A stretch of 52,756 nt of DNA, from NCBI GenBank assembly GCA_030672545.1, contig DAOVGF010000021.1, positions 1-52,756 on the forward strand, written 5' to 3'. Each line of letters starts with the position of its first letter. Position 1 is the first letter of the stretch. Below, piece after piece: positions 44,345-52,710 of this stretch. The position numbers and the translations under genes are program-made. The DNA is from Candidatus Aerophobota bacterium. GTDB taxonomy: Bacteria; Aerophobota; Aerophobia; Aerophobales; Aerophobaceae. Below the pieces are notes generated by a model. That model was not told the DNA's origin. It ran no database searches and saw nothing but the letters and a program-made list of their open reading frames with translations.

Positions 44345-44785
44345 GTGACCAAGATATTTAGTTTATTTTCTAAAAGTAAGGGATTTACTCTGGTGGAAGT
44401 TGTAGTGGTGATGGGAATTTTGTGTCTGGGGCTTCTGTTAGTGGCTAAGATTTATCCCGTTGGGTTCAGAGTAAGGGAAAATATGGAGAAAGATACTCTG
44501 GCCGTCTTTCTGGGACAAAGAATTATGGAGGAAGTCAAAAAAGGTGGCTATCAGAGCTTAAGTGAGAATTATCCTCCCTTGGAGCCAGGTTACGGCAGGA
44601 GAGAAGGAGAATTCGATGACCACCCGGGATTTTACTGGCAGGTGGAATGGTGGAATACGGATGTTCCCGATCTAAGAAAGGTTAAGTTAAAAATCATCCA
44701 CTTATCTTCAAGCAACAAAGAAGAAAAGGAGGAATTTCCTGATTCTCTTGAACTGGTAACATATCTGGCCAGGAGAGAAAGATAA
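44345..44785 (+). CDS. Minor pseudopilin (GspI/PilV-like)
   Basis: The prepilin-type N-terminus is KG/FTLVEVVVVMGIL. The product is 146 aa and starts at GTG. Confidence 0.6.
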   Translation: MTKIFSLFSKSKGFTLVEVVVVMGILCLGLLLVAKIYPVGFRVRENMEKDTLAVFLGQRIMEEVKKGGYQSLSENYPPLEPGYGRREGEFDDHPGFYWQVEWWNTDVPDLRKVKLKIIHLSSSNKEEKEEFPDSLELVTYLARRER

Positions 44786-44812
44786 GAAGCCAAAAGACTG
44801 AAAAGGAAAAAC

Positions 44813-45421
44813 TTGAAGTGGAAAAAGGGAAATAAAAAGATAGACCGATCAGGTTTTACTTTGCTGGAACTCATAATTGCTGTTTGCTTGTTAGCCGTGC
44901 TGTTGGTTGGTCTTTATGTTATTTTTCAACGAAGTCAGTCGGCTTCGGAAAAGGGATATAGGCGAGTGGAAATGTACCAGAACATCCGAGTCTGTCTTGA
45001 TATGATGATAAGAGAATTAAAGTCTTCTTTTCTCAGCAGCGGTGATGAGCGACTGGTATTCTTGGGTGAAACTCAAAGTCTTACTTTTGCCACTGTTTCC
45101 CAGGAGATTAATCAGAGTAATGAATATGATTTATGTGAGGTCACTTATGATTTGAAAAATTGCCAGGTGCGAAGAAAAGTGAGAAAGCTCTCTACTTCTT
45201 CTGCTGGAAGTAGGGCTGTGTTGGCTGACTATGTTTCTAAGTTGGAATTTGCCTATAACAATGGAGAAGATTGGCAAAATAGCTGGGATTCTCGACAGGC
45301 AACCCCAGATAATCTTACGGATGATCTTCTTCCCAGGGCCGTGAGAATCATTATTTTTTTACAGCAGATGGAAGAAAACCCTATTAGTTTATCTACTACT
45401 GTCTATCTGCCTCAAAGTTAA
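44813..45421 (+). CDS. Minor pseudopilin (GspJ/PulJ-like)
   Basis: The prepilin-type N-terminus is SG/FTLLELIIAVCLLAVL. The product is 202 aa and starts at TTG. Confidence 0.6.
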   Translation: MKWKKGNKKIDRSGFTLLELIIAVCLLAVLLVGLYVIFQRSQSASEKGYRRVEMYQNIRVCLDMMIRELKSSFLSSGDERLVFLGETQSLTFATVSQEINQSNEYDLCEVTYDLKNCQVRRKVRKLSTSSAGSRAVLADYVSKLEFAYNNGEDWQNSWDSRQATPDNLTDDLLPRAVRIIIFLQQMEENPISLSTTVYLPQS

Positions 45422-45489
45422 AAAAGGATATGACTTTACAAGTATGGCAAATTATGCTAATTATTAAGAAGAGAAAGGAGTAGGATAAT

Positions 45490-45759
45490 ATGAGTATAAC
45501 CAAGGAAAAAAAGATAGAGTTAAAAGAGCAGTTTGGTCATCATGAGAGGGATGTGGGTTCATCTGAAGTTCAAATAGCTGTTCTCACGGAAAGAATCAAA
45601 AATTTAACCGAACATCTCAAAGAGAACAAGAAAGATTTCTCATCCAAAAGAGGCCTTTTACGATTGGTCGTTCGGCGACGTAAACTACTGGATTATCTAA
45701 AAAGAGAGGATGCGAATCAATATAAAGAGATTATTAAGGTTTTGGGTTTAAGAAGATAA
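45490..45759 (+). CDS. rpsO: 30S ribosomal protein S15
   Basis: [48 protein letters not shown] is canonical S15. Confidence 0.95.
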   Translation: MSITKEKKIELKEQFGHHERDVGSSEVQIAVLTERIKNLTEHLKENKKDFSSKRGLLRLVVRRRKLLDYLKREDANQYKEIIKVLGLRR

Positions 45760-45783
45760 GCGAACTTATAAAAGGTGATATAA

Positions 45784-47934
45784 ATGACAAGATTGTCCCG
45801 AAGTTTTGGGAAAGATACGATAATATTTGAAACTGGTAAAGTAGCTAAAAAGAGTGATGGAGCAATCTGGGTACAGTATGGGGATACCATTGTTCTGGTA
45901 ACGGTAGTTGTCTCGACCTCAGCTCGCGAGGAGGTCAATTTTGTTCCCTTGTTGGTAGATTACAGGGAGAGGACTTACGCGGCGGGAAAAATCCCGGGAG
46001 GTTTTTTCAAAAGGGAAGGGGCCCCTGGTACCCAGGAAATTTTAGCGGGAAGGCTAATTGATCGCTCCATCCGTCCTCTCTTTCCTGACGGATTCAGAAA
46101 TGAGACTCAGGTGGTGGCCACAGTTCTCTCGGCTAGTGAGAGTAATCAACCAGGGGTACTGGGTATCTTAGGAGCTTCTTTATCTCTGGCCATAGCTAAC
46201 CTATCTTTTGCCAAACTTATAGGAGCGGTAAGAGTAGGCCGAGTGAAAGACAATTTCATCATAAATCCTACCGATGAAGAGTTGAAAGAGAGTCAAATTG
46301 ACCTGGTAGTAGCCGGAGACAAAGAGGGAATTTTTATGGTGGAAGGAGAAACTAACAAGGTTGAAGAAAGTGTAATTCTGGAGACTCTTCGACAGGCTCA
46401 GTCAGCTATAAGAGAACTAATCAGCCTGGAAGAGGAATTTATCTCCTTGGTTTCTATCGATTCAGAAAGGCATTTTTCTATTTGTGATCCCACAGAGGAA
46501 ATAGAAAAAGAGGTTAAAGATAGAATTTGGGAGCGAGTGAAAGCGATTGAATCCAGTTGGGGCAAGGAAAAGAAAGAAGCCTATCTGGAGAAAGTGAAAC
46601 AAGATTTCCTGGAAGAATTCTTACCTAATGAACCCCAGAAAGAACAGGGACTGTTGGCTATTTTGGAAAAAATGAAGAAAAAGAAAATGAGGGAACTGGT
46701 TCTCCTGGAGGGCAAACGATGGAATGGCAGAGTACCGGATGAAATAAGGTCTATCGAATGCGAGGTGGGAATCCTGCCTCGGGTTCATGGCTCAGGATTG
46801 TTTACCCGAGGGGGGACTCAGTCTCTGACGGTGGTTACCCTGGGAAGCTCGGCTGATAAGCAGGTTGTCAAAGGACTTCATAAAGAGGAAATAAGTAAAC
46901 ACTTTATGTTTCATTATAATTTTCTTCCCTTTTGTACCGGGGAGGTTAAATTCTTAAGAGCACCGGCAAGAAGAGAGATAGGTCACGGTTTTTTAGCCGA
47001 AAAGGCTATTTTGCCTGTTTTGCCGGCTACGGATTCCTTTCCCTATACTATTAGGCTGGTTTCCGACGTGCTGGAGTCCAATGGTTCCTCTTCTATGGCC
47101 TCAGTTTGTGGAGGTAGTCTTTCTCTGATGGATGCCGGGGTTCCGATTTCTGAGACAGTTGCCGGAGTGGGAATAGGTTTGATCAGTGACCAGGACAAAT
47201 TTGTTATTTTGACGGATATTGAAGGATTAGAGGATTATCTGGGAGATATGGACTTCAAGGTGGCCGGAACCTGGGACAAGATCACCGCACTGCAATTGGA
47301 TATCAAAATTTCCGGAGTGAGCTTGGAAATAATAGAGGAAGCTTTAGCTAAAGCCAGGAAAGCCAGACAATTCATTATTGGAGAGATGAACAGGGTTATT
47401 GAAAGACCTCGGGAGTTTTTATCTCCTCATGCTCCTCATATTGTCACAACAGCAGTTCCCCAGGATAAGATCGGTGTGATTATTGGTCCAGGAGGTAGGG
47501 TAATTAAGAAAATCATTCAGGATACCGGGGCAGACATTGATATAGATGATGTGGAAGAATTGGTAACTATTTCCTCTATGGACGAAGAGTCCACTAACAG
47601 AGCTTTGGAGATAGTAAAGTCGATTATCCAAGAACCCAAGGTGGGCGACATTTACTCAGGTACGGTCAAAAAAGTGACCGATTTTGGAGCTTTTGTAGAA
47701 ATAGCACCGGGTAGGGAAGGTTTAGTCCACGTTTCCGAGTTAAGCGAACACTTTGTAAAGAATGTTTCTGATGTGATTAAAGTCGGGGATAAGATCCGGG
47801 TTAAACTCATTAATGTTGATGATTTGGGTAGGTTGAGCCTCAGCAAAAGAAAGGCCGAGTCAAAATCTGATAGTAAAGATGATTCTTCCAGGGAGAGAGG
47901 TGGAAGGTCTCGAGCAAGGGACGATAGAAAGTAG
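45784..47934 (+). CDS. pnp: Polyribonucleotide nucleotidyltransferase (PNPase)
   Basis: Two RNase PH domains are present (RPLFP, GRVPDEIR, GHGFLAEKA, MDFKVAG). KH (IGPGGRVIKKI) and S1 (GTVKKVTDFGAFVEI) domains follow. The rpsO-pnp synteny is conserved. Confidence 0.95.
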   Translation: MTRLSRSFGKDTIIFETGKVAKKSDGAIWVQYGDTIVLVTVVVSTSAREEVNFVPLLVDYRERTYAAGKIPGGFFKREGAPGTQEILAGRLIDRSIRPLFPDGFRNETQVVATVLSASESNQPGVLGILGASLSLAIANLSFAKLIGAVRVGRVKDNFIINPTDEELKESQIDLVVAGDKEGIFMVEGETNKVEESVILETLRQAQSAIRELISLEEEFISLVSIDSERHFSICDPTEEIEKEVKDRIWERVKAIESSWGKEKKEAYLEKVKQDFLEEFLPNEPQKEQGLLAILEKMKKKKMRELVLLEGKRWNGRVPDEIRSIECEVGILPRVHGSGLFTRGGTQSLTVVTLGSSADKQVVKGLHKEEISKHFMFHYNFLPFCTGEVKFLRAPARREIGHGFLAEKAILPVLPATDSFPYTIRLVSDVLESNGSSSMASVCGGSLSLMDAGVPISETVAGVGIGLISDQDKFVILTDIEGLEDYLGDMDFKVAGTWDKITALQLDIKISGVSLEIIEEALAKARKARQFIIGEMNRVIERPREFLSPHAPHIVTTAVPQDKIGVIIGPGGRVIKKIIQDTGADIDIDDVEELVTISSMDEESTNRALEIVKSIIQEPKVGDIYSGTVKKVTDFGAFVEIAPGREGLVHVSELSEHFVKNVSDVIKVGDKIRVKLINVDDLGRLSLSKRKAESKSDSKDDSSRERGGRSRARDDRK

Positions 47935-48048
47935 CGGGGGAACGGTAATTCAATCGGATTGTTAAACTTTACTAATTAGGGCTGAGGGGGTGGATTGACA
48001 AAGTTGGTTTTTTTTCTAAACTATACGGTAAAAAGGGGGTGCTGAATT

Positions 48049-48258
48049 TTGGTTACTGTTTATATTAATAAATACAACTCCTTTTCTCAGGCTTTGAAAA
48101 GGTTTAAGATAGAGTGTCAGCAATCCGGCTTAACCTCAGAGATAAAAAGGCATCAAGAATATGAGAAGCCGACTGAGAGGAAAAGAAGGAAAAAACTCAA
48201 GGCCATACGAAGACAGAGAAGAAAAATGTTAAAACTGGAGAAGTTCAGGAATTATTAG
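48049..48258 (+). CDS. rpsU: 30S ribosomal protein S21
   Basis: The 69-aa basic protein has the S21-like pattern ALKRFKIECQQSGLTSEIKRHQEYEKPTERKRRKK. It starts at TTG. Confidence 0.8.
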   Translation: MVTVYINKYNSFSQALKRFKIECQQSGLTSEIKRHQEYEKPTERKRRKKLKAIRRQRRKMLKLEKFRNY

Positions 48259-48440
48259 TCCCTGCCCCTGAGGGTAGCGAGGGGAAACTTTGAGTCAACA
48301 CCTGGGTCTAGGGAATCTGGCTTCGGGTAGGGTGTTGCACCTTTCTGGTGGGAAGATGTACTAAATATCCGAGAGGATACCCCCTTAAAATGAAGACTCA
48401 GAGGTTTTCCGCTTTACCCAAAGGGGAGGGATTTTTTAGT

Positions 48441-49412
48441 TTGAAAAAATCACACGTTCTTTTTCTGGGTACCGCCGAGTTTGCCTGCCCGGCCCTGGAA
48501 AAATTAATTTTGCACGAGAGAATTGTGGGAGTGGTTACCCAGCCAGATCGACCAGCGGGAAGAGGCTTAAAACTACAACCTTCGCCGGTAAAGCAAGTAG
48601 CTTTGAAAAAGGGAATGTCGGTTTACCAGCCTGAAAATATCAATGAACCCTCCTTCTTACTCAGAATGAGATCTCTAAATCCACATTTCTTGATAGTGGT
48701 TGCCTTTGGACAAGTTTTGGGAGAAGAATTTCTTTGCCTTCCTCGGCTCTACCCGCTTAACCTTCATGCCTCGCTTTTGCCTGAATATCGCGGTGCGGCA
48801 CCCATTCCCTGGGCAATCATCCGAGGAGAGAAACGCACTGGAGTGACCATCCAGCGAATGCGGGAAAAAGTAGATGCAGGAGAGATAATTCTCCAGCGAA
48901 GCTTGCCCATCGAGGAAGAGGATACCACCGGCGGGCTTACCGGTAAACTATCTTTCCTGGGAGCAGAGCTTCTAATGGAGGCTATAATTAAGATTAAAGA
49001 GAGTAAAGTGGATTTTAAAATCCAGGAAGAGAGGGGAGTTAGTTACGCTCCCCGCATAAAAAAAGAGAATGGTAAAATAAACTGGCAGAAGTCAGCTTTG
49101 GTTATTCATAATCTGGTGCGTGGACTTAATCCTTATCCCGGGGCCTTTAGCTTTGTTCGACTTCGGGGAAAAAGAGAAAAAATGAAGATTTGGAAGACCT
49201 GGGTAAACACTGAGCAAGATATAAACATAAGCCAACGAGACTCTTTTCCCGGGAAAGTTCTCAGGATTGACCAGGGTGATAGATTTCTGGTGGCTACCGG
49301 AGAGGGTTCCCTCTGGGTGAAGGAGGTCCAGCTTCCTGGTAGGAAGGCTATATCCGGTGTAGATTTCATAAAAGGTTATCATATCAAACAAGGTTTTAAT
49401 CTGGCGGGTTAG
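48441..49412 (+). CDS. fmt: Methionyl-tRNA formyltransferase
   Basis: The motifs VLFLGTAEFA, VVTQPDRPAGRG and NLHASLLPEYRGAAPI are present. I chose the TTG start at 48441, 10 nt after the AAGGGGAGGG RBS. The ORF track begins 31 codons upstream. Confidence 0.88.
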   Translation: MKKSHVLFLGTAEFACPALEKLILHERIVGVVTQPDRPAGRGLKLQPSPVKQVALKKGMSVYQPENINEPSFLLRMRSLNPHFLIVVAFGQVLGEEFLCLPRLYPLNLHASLLPEYRGAAPIPWAIIRGEKRTGVTIQRMREKVDAGEIILQRSLPIEEEDTTGGLTGKLSFLGAELLMEAIIKIKESKVDFKIQEERGVSYAPRIKKENGKINWQKSALVIHNLVRGLNPYPGAFSFVRLRGKREKMKIWKTWVNTEQDINISQRDSFPGKVLRIDQGDRFLVATGEGSLWVKEVQLPGRKAISGVDFIKGYHIKQGFNLAG

Positions 49413-49436
49413 AAGACTAGGTAGAAGGAGAAAAAA

Positions 49437-49964
49437 TTGAAAGAAGAAGATTTTCCTCCCCAGTTGGCCAGAAGGACTCTTGAGGAATATCTAACCAGTG
49501 GAAAGATTATTTCCCCTTTCTCTCCTGTACCCGAGAAATTTATAGGAAAGGCCGGTGTTTTTGTTTCCCTCCATAAAAAGGAAAAACTTAGAGGATGTAT
49601 TGGCACTTACCTTCCTACCCAGCCTTCTGTTGCCGGCGAAATCATAAGGAATGCCATTAGTGCGGCCGTTCAGGATCCCCGTTTCCCCCCGGTAAGACTC
49701 AGAGAACTGGCCGATATTAAAATTTCGGTGGACATATTGAGTCCCCCGGAAGTAGTTCATTCCAAAGAGGAGCTGGATCCCCGTAAATACGGGGTAATTG
49801 TGAGCAGGGATTATCAAAGAGGTCTGCTTTTGCCCGATTTGAAAGGGGTAGATACGGTTGAGGAGCAACTGGAGATAGCTAAACAAAAGGCCGGGCTCGA
49901 GGGATTTTTGGATGAAGATTTGGGAATTCAGCGCTTTACCGTTACTCGTTACCAGGAAGGATAA
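49437..49964 (+). CDS. AMMECR1 domain protein
   Basis: The LRGCIGT motif, PRFPPV and the 175-aa length fit. It starts at TTG. Confidence 0.85.
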   Translation: MKEEDFPPQLARRTLEEYLTSGKIISPFSPVPEKFIGKAGVFVSLHKKEKLRGCIGTYLPTQPSVAGEIIRNAISAAVQDPRFPPVRLRELADIKISVDILSPPEVVHSKEELDPRKYGVIVSRDYQRGLLLPDLKGVDTVEEQLEIAKQKAGLEGFLDEDLGIQRFTVTRYQEG

Positions 49965-49983
49965 TCAATCTTTATTAAAACTC

Positions 49984-50019
49984 TGGTAGCGGTGCAGGGA
50001 TTCGAACCCCGGACTCCAC
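49984..50019 (-). repeat. Partial duplicate of the tRNA-Met 3' end (T-arm, acceptor 3' strand and CCA), att-like
   Basis: TGGTAGCGGTGCAGGGAtTCGAACCCCGGACTCCAC matches 50791-50826 at 35 of 36 nt. No matching 5' acceptor strand or D-arm follows. Confidence 0.8.
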
Positions 50020-50141
50020 ACTTCTAATCCACGAAGGTAATCATTCTTAAAAGGCCAATTTCTGTCGATAATGATGGACTTCTACCCTCTACAATTTTTC
50101 TTTTTGAGCAAAAACTGGGAGAGGGCAAGTGCTACACGTTA

Positions 50142-50169
50142 TTGACAACCAGATATGAGCGAATATAAT
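50142..50169 (+). promoter_or_regulatory. Candidate promoter for the DUF4258/DUF2283 pair
   Basis: TTGACA (50142-50147), a 16-nt spacer, then TATAAT (50164-50169). Confidence 0.45.
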
Positions 50170-50200
50170 TATCACGGAACCCAAGGAGAAGCTACCGGAC

Positions 50201-50437
50201 GTGATGCGAAAGTCCTTTACAGATCACTGTATGCACAGGATTCTTGAAAGAAAGATTAATATCAAGAGAGTTCATGAAACGGTTGATAATCCCGATAGCA
50301 AAAAAGATGTATTTTACGAGGGAGCAAAACGAGTAAGATTCACAAAAGAGTTTGAAGACGGTGTAAAGATTACCGTGATATGCGAGGCAAGGCCCGCAAA
50401 ATGGTGGGTTATTACCGTTTGGAGCGAGGAGATCTAA
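50201..50437 (+). CDS. DUF4258-like small protein (putative toxin component)
   Basis: The 78-aa product has a FTDHCMHRILERKINIKRV pattern resembling the DUF4258 H-x3-R-x2-ER motif. It is tightly coupled to the downstream DUF2283 gene. Confidence 0.55.
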   Translation: MMRKSFTDHCMHRILERKINIKRVHETVDNPDSKKDVFYEGAKRVRFTKEFEDGVKITVICEARPAKWWVITVWSEEI

Positions 50438-50438
50438 A

Positions 50439-50702
50439 GTGATACAAATAAGTCATGATGAAGAAGTGGGCACATTATATTTGAAGTTATCTGAGAACGA
50501 AATTGCGCGCACTATTGAAATTGAGGAAAATGCTGTTCTCTTAGATTTGGATAAAAGTGGTGATGTAGTTGGTGTTGAACTGCTTGACCTCAGCGTCGCT
50601 GCTCAATATCTCACACCGGTCATTCAACAATATAACATTGATAAAACCCGCATTAAGAAAGAGCTAGAAGCCATACGGCACTTAGAGTCTATTTTTGCAT
50701 AA
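50439..50702 (+). CDS. DUF2283 domain protein (putative antitoxin component)
   Basis: ISHDEEVGTLYLKL...VLLDLDKSGDVVGVELLDLS is the typical DUF2283 pattern. The GTG start lies one nt after the upstream stop. Confidence 0.65.
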   Translation: MIQISHDEEVGTLYLKLSENEIARTIEIEENAVLLDLDKSGDVVGVELLDLSVAAQYLTPVIQQYNIDKTRIKKELEAIRHLESIFA

Positions 50703-50790
50703 TTATCGCCATAGTAAAGGGTGTTCATCCAATTATACGGGGCTTGAGATAAGCCTTTCCGTTGAGGTTAGGGAAAAACATCCATAATTT

Positions 50791-50867
50791 TGGTAGCGGT
50801 GCAGGGAGTCGAACCCCGGACTCCACGGGTATGAGCCGTGTGCTCTAGCCGACTGAGCTACACCGCC
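50791..50867 (-). tRNA. tRNA-Met (anticodon CAT, elongator type; a lysidine-modified tRNA-Ile2 is not excluded), CCA encoded
   Basis: The reverse complement is GGCGGTGTAGCTCAGTCGGCTAGAGCACACGGCTCATACCCGTGGAGTCCGGGGTTCGACTCCCTGCACCGCTACCA. It folds as a cloverleaf with anticodon loop CTCATAC. Confidence 0.85.
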
Positions 50868-50887
50868 ATTTTCTCTTTATCTAAAAT

Positions 50888-50964
<77 letters not shown>

Positions 50965-50986
50965 ATAATAGCAATTCTCTTTTTTT

Positions 50987-51075
50987 TGGTGCCGGAGGCC
51001 GGACTTGAACCGGCACGGATATAATTATCCAGTGGATTTTAAGTCCACTGCGTCTGCCAATTCCGCCACTCCGGC
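50987..51075 (-). tRNA. tRNA-Leu (anticodon TAA), long variable arm, CCA encoded
   Basis: The reverse complement is GCCGGAGTGGCGGAATTGGCAGACGCAGTGGACTTAAAATCCACTGGATAATTATATCCGTGCCGGTTCAAGTCCGGCCTCCGGCACCA. Confidence 0.9.
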
Positions 51076-51095
51076 CTCTCCTCTATTAATCAATC

Positions 51096-51123
51096 TGATT
51101 ATACCATAAGTTTAAAAATGTGC
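51096..51123 (-). promoter_or_regulatory. Candidate promoter of the tRNA operon
   Basis: The minus strand reads TTGCAC, a 16-nt spacer, then TGgTATAAT (extended -10). It lies about 20 nt upstream of the tRNA-Leu 5' end. Confidence 0.45.
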
Positions 51124-51168
51124 AAGTTTTTTTAGCAAAAAAAAAGGGGACGGTTCTCTTTTTTCACT

Positions 51169-51513
51169 TCAAGGAGAAGAAAGGTATGATTTTTTTTGTG
51201 GGGAGGGAGGGAGGATTTTGTAAATTATTTCTCCTTTCCCGGCCAGGCTGAGTTTTTCCCGAGCTAGTTTTTCTCGGTAAAATTTCTGAGTTAATTTTTT
51301 CTCTGTTTCTTTAATCTCTGCATTCTTCTCTTTTACCCTCCGAAGTTGAGCCTGAGCTTCTCTTACTTCCTGCCGGGAACTCTCTGCCTGCCGGAGAATC
51401 CTGACGGTCCAGAAGGAGAGAAATAGGATATCCACAATCAGGACAAAAAGAAATATTTTTCTTCCTACTCTATTTTTCTCTTTATCACTGACGGCTGATT
51501 TTTTTTGCTTCAT
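51169..51513 (-). CDS. Septum formation initiator family protein (FtsB/DivIC-like)
   Basis: A single N-terminal TM helix is followed by a coiled coil and the C-terminal YREKLAREKLSLAGKGEIIYKI motif. Confidence 0.6.
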   Translation of the reverse strand: MKQKKSAVSDKEKNRVGRKIFLFVLIVDILFLSFWTVRILRQAESSRQEVREAQAQLRRVKEKNAEIKETEKKLTQKFYREKLAREKLSLAGKGEIIYKILPPSPQKKSYLSSP

Positions 51514-51529
51514 TTATGCATCCCTATCT

Positions 51530-52486
51530 TTACCAGACTAAACCAAAATAGAAATCAAGGAGATGTTCTCCAAAGAAAAGGCAAATAAAACCTGCCCCTA
51601 CCAGAAAGGGGGCAAAGGGTATCCGGTCTCTTCTTCCTTTAAGATGAGTGACCAGAAGGATAGTAGCTATTACTGCTCCTAGGAGAAAGGAAAGAAAGAA
51701 ACAGAGAAGGGCCAGTTTCCAGCCCAGGAAAGCTCCCATTCCGGCGGCCAGTTTGACATCACCCATTCCCATTCCTGCTTCTTTCAAAAATAGAGAACCG
51801 AGAAATAGGATGATTAAGAAAAGACCAGCTCCTATTCCTGCTCCCAGGACAGCGGGCAGGAAAAAGCGGGTGAGAAAACCAAAGATTAATCCCCCGGCCA
51901 GAAGAGTATAAGAAAACCGGTTAGGGATAATTTGTTCCTTGAGGTCGATGAACAATATGGGAATCAAAAGAGAGATAAAGAGGAGATTCTTAATAAAGAG
52001 AAGAAAAGAAGAAAGAGAAAGGGAGGAAAAGTAAAAATAAAAGGTTAACAAAAATAAGAGACCGGTTAGGACTTCTATTAAGGGATAACGCAAGGAAATA
52101 GGAGAGGAGCATTTTCGGCATCTACCCCTCAAGAGGAGGTAGCTTATAACAGGGATGTTATCGTACCATTTAATAGGAGTCTGACAGATCGGACAGTGGG
52201 AAGCAGGATAGAGAAGGGATTCACCCCGAGGGATTCGGTAGATACAAACATTGAGAAAAGAGCCTATAGCCAGGCCTATGGCCAGGATGAATAAAGCGGG
52301 AATAGTCAATGTTTTTGCCTGCTTTAAAGAAAATTCGCTCTGCTCCTTATATCTAACAGGTTTAGGGGAGGCTGTCAAGCCGGCGCTCGGGATATTCGGT
52401 TCCTTTGGTTCATTTGGTTCCTCTCGTTCATTCCGTTGACAGCAAACCATTCCGTTCCTCTCGTTCATCTGGTTCTTCCGGTTCAT
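51530..52486 (-). CDS. pilD: Prepilin peptidase (A24 family, PilD/GspO-like); start codon uncertain
   Basis: GSFLNVCIYRIP, CPICQTPIKWYDNIPVISYLLLRGRCRKC and GMGDVKLAAGMGAFLG are present. The first ~30 codons of the ORF are encoded by the 9-nt tandem array. An in-frame TTG at 52309 is an alternative start. Confidence 0.85.
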   Translation of the reverse strand: MNRKNQMNERNGMVCCQRNEREEPNEPKEPNIPSAGLTASPKPVRYKEQSEFSLKQAKTLTIPALFILAIGLAIGSFLNVCIYRIPRGESLLYPASHCPICQTPIKWYDNIPVISYLLLRGRCRKCSSPISLRYPLIEVLTGLLFLLTFYFYFSSLSLSSFLLFIKNLLFISLLIPILFIDLKEQIIPNRFSYTLLAGGLIFGFLTRFFLPAVLGAGIGAGLFLIILFLGSLFLKEAGMGMGDVKLAAGMGAFLGWKLALLCFFLSFLLGAVIATILLVTHLKGRRDRIPFAPFLVGAGFICLFFGEHLLDFYFGLVW

Positions 52487-52583
52487 TGGGGATATTAGGA
52501 ATTCGGATTTGTTTAGGATTTAGAGTTTGTCTTTATTAAGATGGATTATCAATCAATGTCGCCTCAGGAGAATGGGCCTCGCT
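52386..52583. mobile_element. MITE-like composite element (left arm CTCGGGATATTC, internal 9-nt array 52395-52485, right arm CAGGAGAATGGGCCTCGCT)
   Basis: CGGCGCTCGGGATATTC matches 30121-30137. CAGGAGAATGGGCCTCGCT (52565-52583) matches 42598-42616. The internal GGATTTAG and TGGATTATCAAT blocks match 30530-30590. Confidence 0.5.
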
Positions 52584-52597
52584 AGAGTTATAAACAG

Positions 52598-52652
52598 GGT
52601 AGGCGCAGGCTTTAGCCTGCGTTTGGTACGCAAGTTAAAACTTGCGGCTACC
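52598..52652. repeat. REPIN-like doublet (locus f)
   Basis: The sequence is GGTAGGCGCAGGCTTTAGCCTGCGTTTGGTACGCAAGTTAAAACTTGCGGCTACC. The outer palindrome is extended by CAGG/CCTG. Confidence 0.9.
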
Positions 52653-52673
52653 CTGTGCTATTCTGGCTTCTTA

Positions 52674-52710
52674 AATAAGAAAAGCCGTGCAGGTTTTCCT
52701 GCACGGCTTT
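52674..52710 (-). terminator. Intrinsic terminator-like hairpin, probably ending a minus-strand gene that lies beyond the window edge
   Basis: AAAGCCGTGCAGG-TTTT-CCTGCACGGCTTT has a 10-13 bp perfect stem. On the minus strand it is followed by TTTTCTTATTT. A short minus-strand frame open from the window edge stops at 52712-52710. Confidence 0.5.

Noticed and set aside
49984-50060. A complete additional tRNA gene after AMMECR1
   Set aside because: Only the T-arm, acceptor 3' strand and CCA are present. The adjacent sequence cannot form the anticodon arm, the D arm or the complementary 5' acceptor strand.
52395-52560. 9-mers and GTGGATTAT-like motifs as DnaA boxes / replication origin
   Set aside because: The units (TSGTTCNT) do not match TTATCCACA. 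There is no dnaA/dnaN context or AT-rich unwinding element, and the same arrays occur at three loci attached to MITE arms.
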